NCBI GenBank assembly: GCA_016218545.1
Contig: JACRDQ010000020.1
Coordinates: forward strand, 34,455-98,454
Direction: 5' to 3'
Length of the DNA stretch: 64,000 bases
Origin: Elusimicrobiota bacterium
Lineage (GTDB): Bacteria; Elusimicrobiota; Elusimicrobia; UBA1565; UBA9628
Shown here: in pieces, positions 9,180 through 19,255 of the stretch
Layout: each line of letters opens with the position of its first letter
How positions within the stretch are numbered: the first letter of the stretch is position 1
Translations under genes and position numbers: made by a program
Notes under the pieces: model-generated
Seen by the model: the letters and a program-made list of their open reading frames with translations, nothing else
The model's database searches: none
What the model was told of the DNA's origin: nothing

Positions 9180-10302
9180 CCGGGAGGTGCAGGTCTCCCT
9201 TGCGGTCGAGCCTGCCCTGGAGCCCTGTCCGGCGCCATCGTCGTCGAGGATCGAGGCGGACAGAGCCTCCGGTAGGGACTCGGCCCGTCATGACCGCCTT
9301 GCTCCGGACCGCGACCTCGCCTGAGCGTCCGGGAGGCTTGGCCCGGCCCCTGGAGTCGAGGATGCGGACGTCGCACCCATGCAAGGGCCTGCCCACGCAG
9401 CCGGGAGGCCGCGCTCCCAAGCGGGCTTGAGTGGAGGAGACGGGTCCGGACTCCGCTGCGCTCAAGAGCGCTACCACCGGGACCCCCGAAGAGGACTCGA
9501 ACGCCCTGGCCTCCCGCTCAGGGAACGGCCCGCCGGAACATCGGACCCAGCGGACCCCCTCAGGGAAGGCCGGGCTCCCGGAGCCCATGGTCTTGCGGAG
9601 GAGGAGGGTCAGCATGCTCGCCGGCAGGTCCAGGGCCCTGACCCGGAGCCTCTCGAGCGCGGGCCCGGCCGAGGTCTTGAGGAGGGACGCTCCCCCGAGC
9701 ACGAGGCTCCCTCCCCTCAGCAGGGCGCAGACAGCGTCCAGGAGCGCCGGGTATGCGCGGCCTGGCCAGAGGCACCACTCAGCCCCGGCGCCGAGAGGCT
9801 TGAAGCGTTCTGCCAAGGCTTCGGCTCCCGCCAGGAGCGAGCTCTGCGTGTGCACGGCGCTCCTGCCTTCGCCCAGGAAGGAGACCAGGGGGTCCTCGGC
9901 CCGCGCCGGCGCAGTCGGGCCGGGAGAGCGTGTGCCTGGGACCCGCAGCATGGCCCGGACGTCCCGACTCCTCACGACCAGCCTGGGCCTAAAGACCTTG
10001 AGACCGGCCGAGACCCGCGGCTCCGGCAGGCCCGGGTCGAGGAAGGAAGCGCAGGCTCCGAGCCTGGCGCAAGCCAGAAGGCTCACGACGACCTGCAGGT
10101 CATCCTCGAGGACGAAGGCCACGCGGGCCCCGCGCCCCGCGCCCTGCGCCTCGAGCCCGGCGGCGGCGCGCTCAGCCGCGGCGCAGGCCTCCTGGTAGGT
10201 GCAGACCGAGCCTGTCGAAGCGTGGATCAGGTAGGGCTGGGAACCCTTGCTCCGTGCCCCGCGGAGCAGGAGGCCCGACAAGGTGTCCTGCCTCTTACCC
10301 AC
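9172..10302 (-). CDS. AMP-binding (ANL superfamily) domain protein, degenerate and truncated
   Basis: TYQE, GARVAFVL, SGGPFP, CVGRPLHGCDVRILD and GEVAVRS..VMTG are present. The TSGTTG loop and the TGD Asp are not conserved, and there is no C-terminal subdomain. Confidence 0.75.
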   Translation of the reverse strand: MGKRQDTLSGLLLRGARSKGSQPYLIHASTGSVCTYQEACAAAERAAAGLEAQGAGRGARVAFVLEDDLQVVVSLLACARLGACASFLDPGLPEPRVSAGLKVFRPRLVVRSRDVRAMLRVPGTRSPGPTAPARAEDPLVSFLGEGRSAVHTQSSLLAGAEALAERFKPLGAGAEWCLWPGRAYPALLDAVCALLRGGSLVLGGASLLKTSAGPALERLRVRALDLPASMLTLLLRKTMGSGSPAFPEGVRWVRCSGGPFPEREARAFESSSGVPVVALLSAAESGPVSSTQARLGARPPGCVGRPLHGCDVRILDSRGRAKPPGRSGEVAVRSKAVMTGRVPTGGSVRLDPRRRWRRTGLQGRLDRKGDLHLPAT

Positions 10303-11839
10303 GGCTTCCTTGTCCGACAGGCAGACCCAGAGCCGGCCGCACGCCGCGGAACAGCCGCTCGCTCTCCCCTGGCTTGAGGAGGTCCGCCGCGTCCAGGGTG
10401 AGGAAATGGCGGTCCCGCGGAGGACGCGCCCGGAAGCGGAGCCAGGCGAGGTCCAGCGCCTTGGAGGCTCCCGGGTCGAGCCGGGACACGAGGTCCGAGA
10501 AGACGGAGGTCACGGACCCGCGGCCTTGAGCGGCGAGCTCCCGCATCCTGGCCCCGGTCTCTCCGTGGTTGACGAGCAGGTAGACCTGCAGGGTCAGGCG
10601 CTGGAGAGCTTCGAGCTCCCTGCCGGGCAGGGTGCTCGTGGCCAGGACGAAATAGGGGGGCCGGGCCATCTTCTCCGTCACCTCGGGCTGTCCCGCCAGG
10701 CGAGAGCCCGGCAGGGCCTGGCAGGCGAACACGAGCAAGCGGACACTGGGCACGGCCAGCACCGCGTCGAGGCCCTTCAGATAGCTCTGCCGGGTCTCGC
10801 CCGGAAGCCCGCAGATGAGGTTCAGGAGGATTTCGGCCTTGGGCCGCCTGCCTGCCAGGCCGGCCAAGGCGGCATCAAGGGCTTTGCGGACAGGGCCGCG
10901 GCCCGCCAGGCGCAAGGCCCGGGAAGACAGGGATTCCACGCCCACGGTCAGCTCGAAGCAGGGGTGGTCGAAGACGTCTAGCACCGCAGGGGTCAGGCGG
11001 CGCAAGCCCGCCTCGAGGACCCACCTGGGCCCGCCTTCGACCCGACAAGAGCGCATGAAGCGGCCCAAGCGCAAGGCCCTGGGAGTGTCCAGGAAGAAGT
11101 CCGAATCGGCAAGGAAGACCCGCTCCAAGGACATGCGGGAAGCCAGCCTGATCTCGCGCCTGACCCTCGTCTCCGGGAACCAGCTCACCTGCCTGCGGCT
11201 GGCCCACGCGCAGTAGCTGCACTTCATGGGACAGCCTCGCGCGTTCTCGATGGCCGCCGACGTGCCCGGCTCAGGGACCCCCTGGAACACGGCCTCGCTC
11301 CAGGCTGAGGGAAGGCTCCCGAGGCGTTCGACGAAGACCCCCGCGGGCCCCTGGCAGGGCCTGCCGTCCCGGAGCGTCACCGTGCCCGGCGTGCCGGCCC
11401 AAGCCTCGCCCGTGAGGCTGCGGCCCAGGAGTTCGACCCAGGCTGACTCGCCCTCGCCGAAGACCAGGGCATCGGCCCCCGCGCGCAGGAAGAGGTCCTC
11501 CCTGCCCGCTGCGACCTCAGGTCCGCCCACCGCGACCCGGACCGAGGCCAGGCGCTTCTTGAGGCCGGCGACCAGGGCCAGGACCGGCTCGGTGTTCCAG
11601 ACATAGCAGGACAGGCCCACGACCCGCGGCCCGTAGGCCGCGACCTCCTTGAGCACGCGGCCGGGGAAGCCCTCGGAGGTCCCGGGCTGGCAGCGGAAGG
11701 TCCGGCACTCGAGCCTGCGGCCGAAGGTCCGGCTGGTCAAGGCCTGCAAGCCTCCCACGGCAAGAGGAAGGTAGCGGCCCTCCGCGGTCGCGTCGGAAAC
11801 GCTGATCAAGGCCGCCCTGGGAGGGCGCGCTCGGCTCAT
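10295..11839 (-). CDS. Cobalamin-binding radical SAM protein (class B methyltransferase-like)
   Basis: GLSCYVWN, VGGPEV, GEGE, ARGCPMKCSYC, GVES and LICGLPGET. Start set at ATG 11839, 7 nt below TATGAT. Confidence 0.88.
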   Translation of the reverse strand: MSRARPPRAALISVSDATAEGRYLPLAVGGLQALTSRTFGRRLECRTFRCQPGTSEGFPGRVLKEVAAYGPRVVGLSCYVWNTEPVLALVAGLKKRLASVRVAVGGPEVAAGREDLFLRAGADALVFGEGESAWVELLGRSLTGEAWAGTPGTVTLRDGRPCQGPAGVFVERLGSLPSAWSEAVFQGVPEPGTSAAIENARGCPMKCSYCAWASRRQVSWFPETRVRREIRLASRMSLERVFLADSDFFLDTPRALRLGRFMRSCRVEGGPRWVLEAGLRRLTPAVLDVFDHPCFELTVGVESLSSRALRLAGRGPVRKALDAALAGLAGRRPKAEILLNLICGLPGETRQSYLKGLDAVLAVPSVRLLVFACQALPGSRLAGQPEVTEKMARPPYFVLATSTLPGRELEALQRLTLQVYLLVNHGETGARMRELAAQGRGSVTSVFSDLVSRLDPGASKALDLAWLRFRARPPRDRHFLTLDAADLLKPGESERLFRGVRPALGLPVGQGSRG

Positions 11840-11868
11840 CGGAGCTATCATACAATAAGGACGCGTCC

Positions 11869-11897
11869 TTGACGCCCCTGGGACAAAGACTTATACT
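11869..11897 (+). promoter_or_regulatory. sigma70-type promoter
   Basis: TTGACG (11869-11874), 17 nt, TATACT (11892-11897). ATG at 11909. Confidence 0.65.
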
Positions 11898-11908
11898 GGG
11901 CGCATTCC

Positions 11909-13516
11909 ATGCGGCGCCTCGACTGCGTCCTGTTCTTCCCCCCTCCAGGCGCCCAGTTCCAGGTCCCTGAGATCGGCCTCCCCCAGCTGACCTCATTCCT
12001 AAGAACGCAGGGAGCCGCGTGCGAAGCCGTGGACCTCAATCGGACCTTCATGGAGGACTACCTCTTCGGCCGGCAGGACCAGGTCCGGGAGCGCGTGGCC
12101 CGCAGGCTCGGCCGGGCCAAGGGCCGCCCGCTCCTGAAGGTCCTCGACGCCGAGGATTTCCTCTCCCTGGATTTCTCCAAGACGGCCAACCACTCCTACA
12201 GCTTCATCGCCGACGACGCGGCCGAGCTCTGGAACGAGCTCCTGGCGGTCAACGCGGACCGCTACGACATCGCGGACGTCGTCCGGAGCGCGAAGCGCGG
12301 CGACGCCCTTTTCGACCCTTTCTACCGGGAGCATGTCCGGCCTTGGGCCCGGCGGACCGGGCTCGTGGGGTTCTCGGTCGAGACCAGCCACCAGCTCGCC
12401 TCGGCCCTCCACTTCTCCAAGAGGATCAAGGCGGACCGGCCCGGGACCAAGGTCGTGCTCGGCGGGACCTGGTTCATCTGCACGCGCCCTTTCCTGAAGC
12501 CCTTCAGCGCCGTCTTCGACTTCGCGGACTTCGTGGTGCCGGTCGAGGGCGAGCGGCCCCTGCTGGACCTCATCAGGCTCCTGCGCAAGACGCCCTCCCC
12601 CGCAGACGCGGAGCTGCGGCGGGTGGCCGGGCTCGTCCTGCGCTCAGGAGACCGGCTCGTAGACACCGGCGACCCGAAGCCCGTGCCCATGGCCAGCCTG
12701 TCCGCGGGGGATTTCGCGCACTTCAAGCCCGGCCGCTTCATCGGGAGCCAATACCCCGTGCTCAGCACCAAGGGCTGCTACTGGAACCGCTGCCGGTTCT
12801 GCTTCCACTCCTACGCCGGCGTGGAGACGCGCTCCAAGACGGCCGGGCAAGTCCTCAGGGAGATGAAGCAGGTCGTGTCCCGCTACCGGCCCAAGGAGAT
12901 CGAGCTCGCGGACTCCGCTGTCCCGCTCTCCCTGCTCAAGAGCCTCCCCGCAGGGATGCGGCGGCAGGGACTGAAGGTGCCTTGGACGGCTCTCGTGCGC
13001 GCGGACGAAGGCCTCACCCGGCAGGACCTTGGACGCCTCAAGGCCTCGGGCTGCCTGAACCTGGGCATCGGGCTGGAGTCCGCGGACCCCGCGGTCCTGC
13101 GCCGCTCCGACAAGGGCATCCGCTTGGAGGTCCTGGACCGGCTCCTCGACGAGGCCTCCCAGGTCGGGCTGAGGGTTTCCCTCTTCCTGATCTACTTCCC
13201 CTTCGAGGATCGGCGCTCCTACGAACGCAGCTGGCGGTACGTGCTGGACCGGCGGGACAAGATCGCGGATGTCTCGGCCCAATACCTTTTCCTGGGCAGG
13301 AACAGCCGCCTCTTCGCTGAGCCGGGCCGGTGGGGCTTGAGGCTCGCCAAGGGCTTCGAGCAGGACACCCGCTCGTTCTGGCTCCCCTACTCCTGCCGCG
13401 GAGCCCTGTCCAAGGCCGAGTTCTACGCCTTGACCTCCGAGAAGTTCCGCCTGTTCTACGAGCGGTCTGAGCGCGGGCTCGCGCTCAGCTCGGCTCCCGC
13501 CGCAGCTTGTCCTTGA
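11909..13516 (+). CDS. Cobalamin-binding radical SAM protein
   Basis: VGFSV, VVLGGT, EGERPL, KGCYWNRCRFC, GLESA and DKG motifs. Confidence 0.88.
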   Translation: MRRLDCVLFFPPPGAQFQVPEIGLPQLTSFLRTQGAACEAVDLNRTFMEDYLFGRQDQVRERVARRLGRAKGRPLLKVLDAEDFLSLDFSKTANHSYSFIADDAAELWNELLAVNADRYDIADVVRSAKRGDALFDPFYREHVRPWARRTGLVGFSVETSHQLASALHFSKRIKADRPGTKVVLGGTWFICTRPFLKPFSAVFDFADFVVPVEGERPLLDLIRLLRKTPSPADAELRRVAGLVLRSGDRLVDTGDPKPVPMASLSAGDFAHFKPGRFIGSQYPVLSTKGCYWNRCRFCFHSYAGVETRSKTAGQVLREMKQVVSRYRPKEIELADSAVPLSLLKSLPAGMRRQGLKVPWTALVRADEGLTRQDLGRLKASGCLNLGIGLESADPAVLRRSDKGIRLEVLDRLLDEASQVGLRVSLFLIYFPFEDRRSYERSWRYVLDRRDKIADVSAQYLFLGRNSRLFAEPGRWGLRLAKGFEQDTRSFWLPYSCRGALSKAEFYALTSEKFRLFYERSERGLALSSAPAAACP

Positions 13517-14705
13517 GGACTTCCAGGTCCACGCCGTCGGAAAGCTCCGGATGGCTCAGCGCCCATCGATGGAACGACGCCGTGCCATCGGCCTTCTCAG
13601 GGCTATGGGACCAGCGGTCGAGGAGCGCCTGCTCTTCCTTGGTGATGGCCCACCATGCCGCGGGCCGCAGGCCCTCGGTCGGCCAGGCAGCAGGAGGCGG
13701 CACGGGCGGCAGGTCCCAGACCTCCTCTCCCTCCACGCGGGGCAGCGGCTCGACCGGAGAGCCCGGAGCGGGACGCGCGATCAGGGGAAGAGACGAGCCC
13801 TTGCCCGGGATGGCGGACGCGCTGAAAGACGGGGCGCCGTGCTGGGGCGTGGCCTTGAAAAGGGAGGAACGGGGCTCCGGTATCTGCCGCTCCGGCTGGC
13901 TGATGACCACTGCCTTGTCCTGGTCCAGGCTGGGGACCTCGACGCTGGACTCGGGAGGCCCGCCGGACAAGGAGCGGCGCCTGGACGCGATCCCGAAACC
14001 CAGAGCGACAGCAAAGCCCGTGGCAGCGAAGGCCAGCACGAAGAAGCCGGCATCAGGGCCCTGGCCGCTCTCCAGCGGCCCGCCGGCAGGCCGGTCAGCC
14101 AGGCTGGGAGTGGAGGCCTGCCCAGGCGAGAGCCGGCCCGGCTTGGCGAGCTGCGTGCCGAAGTCTCCGCCGCGGCCTTTTCCTTGGCCGACGCCTGAGC
14201 CCAGACGCAGGGCCAGTTCAGCGGGCAGGGATTGCGAGCCCTCCACGAAACGCTTGAACTCGTCCGGAGAGGCCGCGGCCCGCGACACGTCCTGGATGCC
14301 CGACATCCTGGGGTCGAGCTCGATGCGCGAGCCCAGGAGCCGCACCAGGGCTTCCCGGTCGGCAGAGGACTGCTCGAGCGCTGCCGTGCCGGGACCGCCG
14401 AGCCCGCCGTCCTGGAGCTGTTTGGACAGGGACCCTCCTTGGCGGATGCGCTCCAGACGCTCGTCAGCGGACAGGAGCGACCAGCTGGCCTCGGTCTCGA
14501 ACTTGGTCCCGAGGTCGGCGGGGACTCGGCCTTCAGCGCTCAGCCTGGCCAGCCAGCGCTGGAGGTCGAAATAGTCCCGGTGCTGGGGATTGTCCCACCG
14601 CATGGGGTCCGGGGCCGACAACGCCTCAGGGGCAGCGGAAACGGGGAGCGCCGCTGTCAGCGACGACAGCGCGGCCGCCAGGAGCATCGGGAATAGGGGA
14701 CCCAT
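13485..14705 (-). CDS. Hypothetical exported/membrane protein
   Basis: N-terminal signal-like segment, internal hydrophobic helix (FFVLAFAATGFAVALGFGI) and Pro-rich linker. Good upstream promoter. Confidence 0.6.
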   Translation of the reverse strand: MGPLFPMLLAAALSSLTAALPVSAAPEALSAPDPMRWDNPQHRDYFDLQRWLARLSAEGRVPADLGTKFETEASWSLLSADERLERIRQGGSLSKQLQDGGLGGPGTAALEQSSADREALVRLLGSRIELDPRMSGIQDVSRAAASPDEFKRFVEGSQSLPAELALRLGSGVGQGKGRGGDFGTQLAKPGRLSPGQASTPSLADRPAGGPLESGQGPDAGFFVLAFAATGFAVALGFGIASRRRSLSGGPPESSVEVPSLDQDKAVVISQPERQIPEPRSSLFKATPQHGAPSFSASAIPGKGSSLPLIARPAPGSPVEPLPRVEGEEVWDLPPVPPPAAWPTEGLRPAAWWAITKEEQALLDRWSHSPEKADGTASFHRWALSHPELSDGVDLEVLKDKLRREPS

Positions 14706-14728
14706 GGCAACGGCCTTCGTTCATCTGA

Positions 14729-14757
14729 AGTGTAGACCCGGAACCGGTCATTGTCAA
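14729..14757 (-). promoter_or_regulatory. sigma70-type promoter
   Basis: TTGACA (14757-14752), 17 nt, TACACT (14734-14729) on the minus strand. Confidence 0.7.
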
Positions 14758-14783
14758 GTCTTTTATATAATAACTCCATCAAG

Positions 14784-16163
14784 ATGAAACCCATCTCGAT
14801 CTCTACCGAGCCCGCGACCTTCCGGAGCCTCCGGACCCTGGCCCCGAGCGCGCGCTCAAGCCTCATCCGCAGGATCGAGGACGCGGCCACGAAACGCGCG
14901 TTCCATTACAAGGGCAGGCACGCGCATCCCATGGGCTTGGCGCCCATGGTCTCCACCAAGGGCCTGGTCCGGACCATCACGGCCCTGGTCCGCATCCTCC
15001 ATCGTTTCCAGACAAGGGCTCCGGACCTGCGGCTGGGGGACGTCCAGGGCTTCAGGGAGCTCATCCGTCTCGAGAAAGGCACCCGCCGGTGGTTCGACGC
15101 CACGGCCAGGCTCGTGCCCAAGCCCTGGCCCCTGCTCATGAGGCCGGACTTCTGCCTGGGGGAGCGGGCCGGGGTCCTGCGGCCCGTGCTCTTCGAGCTC
15201 AACTCCCTCATGCTGGGCGGGCTCTACATCCAGTCCGTGGCGCGCAGTCTCATGACCAAGGAGGTCCTGCCCGCGGTCGCGGGCAGCCGGCCCAAGCCGG
15301 GCTTCAAGCCCACCACGGACCTCATCGCCTACTTCATGCGCTGGATGCGGGACTGCCGCGCCAGGCACGGCCGCGGGCCCGGCGGGCTCGCCCTGCTGGA
15401 GAGCCTGCCCCCGGGCGGAGGCTTCAGCGAGCTGCCCCGAATCGCCCACGACATGGCGGCCGAGGGCTGGCGGGTGGAGCATGGGGACCCCAAGGAGCTC
15501 GAGCTCCGCAAGGGCCGGGTCCGGCTCCACGGCATGCCCGTGGCCTATGCCTACCGCGACTTCTCCTTCGAGGACGTGAGCGGCCCGGCGAGCCCGAGCA
15601 TGGCGGGCTTCGCCGCCCTTTGGGCCGCGGGCAGGGTGGCTCCGGGATTCGCGGCCGACTTCGACCAGAAAGGCATCCTGGAGTGCTTCACCTCGGAGGA
15701 CTTCGCCCCGCTCTTCACCGCGCAGGAGCGCCGCTTGCTGGCCCGGCACGTGCCGTGGACCAGGGTGCTGACCGAGCGCAGGACCCTCTCGCCGGAGGGC
15801 CGGAGCGTGGATCTGCCGGCGTACGTGCTGCGGCGCCAGGCTGAGCTGGTCCTCAAGCCTTCCTGGGGCGCCGGAGGCGAGGGCATCCTCATCGGCCGGC
15901 ACACCCCGGCGTCCGAGTGGCGCTCGGCCGTGTCCCGAGCCCTCAAGGACCCCGGCTCCTTCGCGGTCCAGGCCTATGTTGACAATCCCCCGATCGCGTG
16001 CGCCTTCCTCAGGGACGGCAGGATGCGGTTCGAGGAGTGCCGCCAGACCCTCGGGACCTTCTTCGACGGCTCCAGGTTCGGCTTCCATCTCCGGGTAAGC
16101 CCCGGCCACATCGTCAATGTCGCGCAGGGAGGGGCACTGGCCCCCCTCTACATCCCCAGATGA
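14784..16163 (+). CDS. Circularly permuted ATP-grasp / glutathionylspermidine-synthase-like amide ligase
   Basis: MRPDF, LFELNS..LGG, PWTRVL, LVLKPSWGAGGEGILIG, AVQAYV and VNVAQGG. Confidence 0.8.
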   Translation: MKPISISTEPATFRSLRTLAPSARSSLIRRIEDAATKRAFHYKGRHAHPMGLAPMVSTKGLVRTITALVRILHRFQTRAPDLRLGDVQGFRELIRLEKGTRRWFDATARLVPKPWPLLMRPDFCLGERAGVLRPVLFELNSLMLGGLYIQSVARSLMTKEVLPAVAGSRPKPGFKPTTDLIAYFMRWMRDCRARHGRGPGGLALLESLPPGGGFSELPRIAHDMAAEGWRVEHGDPKELELRKGRVRLHGMPVAYAYRDFSFEDVSGPASPSMAGFAALWAAGRVAPGFAADFDQKGILECFTSEDFAPLFTAQERRLLARHVPWTRVLTERRTLSPEGRSVDLPAYVLRRQAELVLKPSWGAGGEGILIGRHTPASEWRSAVSRALKDPGSFAVQAYVDNPPIACAFLRDGRMRFEECRQTLGTFFDGSRFGFHLRVSPGHIVNVAQGGALAPLYIPR

Positions 16164-17803
16164 CCAGCGGAGGCAGCATGCCCGAAGGCCCGAGACTCGA
16201 AGTCGCCAACCTCTGGGGGTCCCCCCGCGAGCGCGGCCGACAGATGGGAGAGCTCTTCGGACACCGCGTGCGCGAGAGCGGCATCGTGGACTTCTACCAC
16301 GACTACTGCAGCCGGCACATGCCCCGGCACCCGGTCGTGGCCGGGCTGGGCACCAGGCTCATGCTCTCCCTGGTCGCTCTGCGCTTCTCAGCCAGCGCCA
16401 AGGCCCTCATCCAGGGCTTCTGCGAGACCTCCGGCCTCGACCCGGGACGGGTCAGCCGCGGCTTCGTCATGCCCGACGTCCTCAACTTCCTCGTGGGCTT
16501 CTCCGGCCGGCTCGCCGGCCTGCCGACTTTGGGCTGCACCTCTGCCGCGGCCTGGGGCGACTACACCCGGGGCGGGAAGTACCTCTTCGCCCGCAACCTC
16601 GATTTCCCGGGCATGGGCTACTTCGACCGCTTCCCGGTGGTCTGCCGCCACAAGCCGGACCACGGCATCCCCTACGTGTCCGTGGGCACGGCCGGCCTCG
16701 TGGTGGACGGCATCACGGGCGTCAATGCCGAGGGCCTCATCGTGGCCCTGCACCAGCACATCTCGCGGGACGTCTCCATCCTGACCGGAGGCCGGCCCAT
16801 CCTCGACCTCGGCCGCCAGGTCCTGGAGGGCTGCGGGAACCTCCGCGATGCGGTGGACATGGTCTCGCGCTGGCGCACCACCAGCTGTTGGACCGTGATC
16901 CTCGGCAGCAGCAAGGAGCGCAAGGCCTGCGCGGTGGAGCGCTCCCCCGGCGCCTGCTGCCCGGTCTGGTCCGACACGGGCAAGCTCGGCCGGGCCAACG
17001 ACTTCGTCACCCCGCGCCTCCACGCCGGCGAGATCGACTACCGCCCCTGGCGCGAGTCCAGCCGCCTGCGGATCGGGCGGGTCGACGACCTGCTGGAGTC
17101 CCGAAAGGGGAGCCTTGAGCCCGCGTTCATGGCGTCGCTCCTCTCCGACCGCTACGACTCCGAGCGGGGCACCTTCAGGTCCTTCGCCCAGTCCATCGGC
17201 CAGGTCCACAACATGACCAGCGTGGTCTTCGAGCCCGACGAGGGCCGCCTCTGGGTCTCCGAGAGCCGCGCTCCGGCGCACCAGGGCCCCTACCGCCGTC
17301 TCAACCTCTGGGACGAGAGCCCGCTGGGAGAGCCGCTCGCCGGCGTGGTCGAAGGCCTGCCCCAGCCGAGGCGCGCGTCGCTGGCGACCTACGTGCGGTC
17401 CATCATGGATTGGCAGGCTCGCCGCAGCCCCTCCGAGATGCTTGAGGACCTCCACGAGGCCATGGAGGGGGACCCCGAGGAGCCCGTGTACCGCTACCTC
17501 CACGGCTTCTTCGCCATGAAGGCCGGCCTCTACGAGACCGCGGTGGAGGATTTCGCGGCCGGGTCGGCCATGAAGGACATCCCCCAGCGCCAGTCCGCCC
17601 AGAAGCTCTGGCACGCCAGGGCCCTGGACCTCCTCGAGCGCAGGCCCGAGGCCGTCGAGCGCTACAGCGAGCTCTGCAGGGCCTCGGACCTCTGGCCCGT
17701 GCTGCGCCGCGCCGCGCTCCACGGGGTCTCGCGCTCCTTCACCAAGCGCAGCCTGGCCCGCTGCTCGCCCGACTTCTTCTACGGCGACGTCTTCCCGTAC
17801 TGA
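16160..17803 (+). CDS. Peptidase C45 (AAT/Ntn-hydrolase) family protein with C-terminal TPR-like region
   Basis: GSPRERGRQMG, G|CTS autoprocessing site, ARNLDF and GVNAEGL, then a helical TPR-like tail. ATGA overlap with the ATP-grasp stop; alternative start 16178. Confidence 0.82.
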   Translation: MTSGGSMPEGPRLEVANLWGSPRERGRQMGELFGHRVRESGIVDFYHDYCSRHMPRHPVVAGLGTRLMLSLVALRFSASAKALIQGFCETSGLDPGRVSRGFVMPDVLNFLVGFSGRLAGLPTLGCTSAAAWGDYTRGGKYLFARNLDFPGMGYFDRFPVVCRHKPDHGIPYVSVGTAGLVVDGITGVNAEGLIVALHQHISRDVSILTGGRPILDLGRQVLEGCGNLRDAVDMVSRWRTTSCWTVILGSSKERKACAVERSPGACCPVWSDTGKLGRANDFVTPRLHAGEIDYRPWRESSRLRIGRVDDLLESRKGSLEPAFMASLLSDRYDSERGTFRSFAQSIGQVHNMTSVVFEPDEGRLWVSESRAPAHQGPYRRLNLWDESPLGEPLAGVVEGLPQPRRASLATYVRSIMDWQARRSPSEMLEDLHEAMEGDPEEPVYRYLHGFFAMKAGLYETAVEDFAAGSAMKDIPQRQSAQKLWHARALDLLERRPEAVERYSELCRASDLWPVLRRAALHGVSRSFTKRSLARCSPDFFYGDVFPY

Positions 17804-17848
17804 AATTGCTATAATCTCCGTCTGAGAAGGAACCTCGGAGGTATAAGG

Positions 17849-19183
17849 ATGAGCACGACGACCATGGACAAGACCGCCGCCAAGAAGGACTACAAGGTCA
17901 AGGACCTGAGCCTCGCGGAGTGGGGCCGCAAGGAGATCGAGATCGCGGAGAAGGAGATGCCCGGTCTCATGACCCTGCGCAAGGAATACGCGGGCAAGAA
18001 GCCCCTGGCCGGCGCCCGCATCGCGGGCTGCCTCCACATGACCACCGAGACCGCGGTCCTCATCGAGACGCTGACCGCCCTCGGCGCGGAGGTCCGCTGG
18101 TCCTCCTGCAACATCTATTCGACCCAGAACGAGGCCGCCGCGGCCATCGCGGCCGCGGGCGTCCCGGTCTTCGCCTGGAAGGGCGAGACCCTCGAGGAGT
18201 ACGACTGGTGCATCGAGCAGACTTTGCGCTGGCCGGACGGCAAGCCCTTGAACCTCATCCTCGACGACGGCGGGGACCTCACCAACATCGTCCATGACAA
18301 GTACCCCGAGCTCTTGAAGGGCATCGCGGGCCTGAGCGAGGAGACCACCACGGGCGTGCACCGGCTCTACCAGCGCCAGCAGAAGGGCACCCTGGGCGTG
18401 CCGGCCATCAACGTCAACGACTCCTGCACCAAGTCCAAGTTCGACAACCTCTACGGCTGCCGCGAGTCCCTGCTCGACGGCATCAAGCGCGCGACCGGCG
18501 TCATGGTCGCGGGCAAGGTCGCGGTGGTAGCCGGCTACGGCGACGTGGGCAAGGGCTGCGCGCAGTCCCTGCGCGGCCAGGGCGCCCGGGTCCTCGTGAC
18601 CGAGATCGACCCCATCATCGCGCTCCAGGCCACCATGGAAGGCTACCAGGTGGTCACCATGGAGGAGGCCGCCCCCATGGGCGACATCTTCGTCACGGCC
18701 ACGGGATGCAAGGACGTGGTCACGCGCAAGCACATGGACGCCATGAAGGACACGGCCATCCTGTGCAACATCGGCCACTTCGACCTCGAGATCGACGTCG
18801 CGTCCATCATGAACGACAAGAAGATCAAGAGGACCACGGTCAAGCCCCTCGTGGACCAGTTCACCTGGCCCAACGGCAAGACCATCACCCTCCTGGCCGA
18901 GGGACGGCTCGTCAACCTCGGCTGCGCCACGGGGCATCCCAGCTTCGTGATGAGCATCTCGTTCACGAACCAGACGCTCGCGCAGCTCGACCTGTGGACC
19001 AGCAAGGACAAGAAGAAATACGAGAAGAAGGTCTACACCCTGCCCAAGACCCTCGACGAGCGAGTGGCGCGCCTGCACCTGCCCAAGCTCGGAGCCAAGC
19101 TCACGACCCTCACCAAGACCCAGGCCGACTACCTGGGCATCCCGGTGGACGGGCCGTACAAGATGGACAGCTACCGGTACTGA
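17849..19183 (+). CDS. ahcY: Adenosylhomocysteinase
   Basis: [59 protein letters not shown] and [20 protein letters not shown] upstream. Confidence 0.98.
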   Translation: MSTTTMDKTAAKKDYKVKDLSLAEWGRKEIEIAEKEMPGLMTLRKEYAGKKPLAGARIAGCLHMTTETAVLIETLTALGAEVRWSSCNIYSTQNEAAAAIAAAGVPVFAWKGETLEEYDWCIEQTLRWPDGKPLNLILDDGGDLTNIVHDKYPELLKGIAGLSEETTTGVHRLYQRQQKGTLGVPAINVNDSCTKSKFDNLYGCRESLLDGIKRATGVMVAGKVAVVAGYGDVGKGCAQSLRGQGARVLVTEIDPIIALQATMEGYQVVTMEEAAPMGDIFVTATGCKDVVTRKHMDAMKDTAILCNIGHFDLEIDVASIMNDKKIKRTTVKPLVDQFTWPNGKTITLLAEGRLVNLGCATGHPSFVMSISFTNQTLAQLDLWTSKDKKKYEKKVYTLPKTLDERVARLHLPKLGAKLTTLTKTQADYLGIPVDGPYKMDSYRY

Positions 19184-19206
19184 ACGTCCTGTTCCGGGGA
19201 AGACGC

Positions 19207-19239
19207 GAGCATGGGCCGGCGACGGCCCATGCTCTTTTT
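19207..19239 (+). terminator. Rho-independent terminator after ahcY
   Basis: 12-bp perfect stem GAGCATGGGCCG / CGGCCCATGCTC, GCGA loop, followed by TTTTT. Confidence 0.85.
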
Positions 19240-19255
19240 CCCCCGCCGAGACGGG

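Noticed and set aside
17804..17848. Possible SAH riboswitch upstream of ahcY
   Set aside because: Only 45 nt, taken up by a -10 box and SD. No room for an aptamer.
16388..19078. 896-aa minus-strand ORF
   Set aside because: Antisense to the C45 gene and ahcY, which carry clear motifs.
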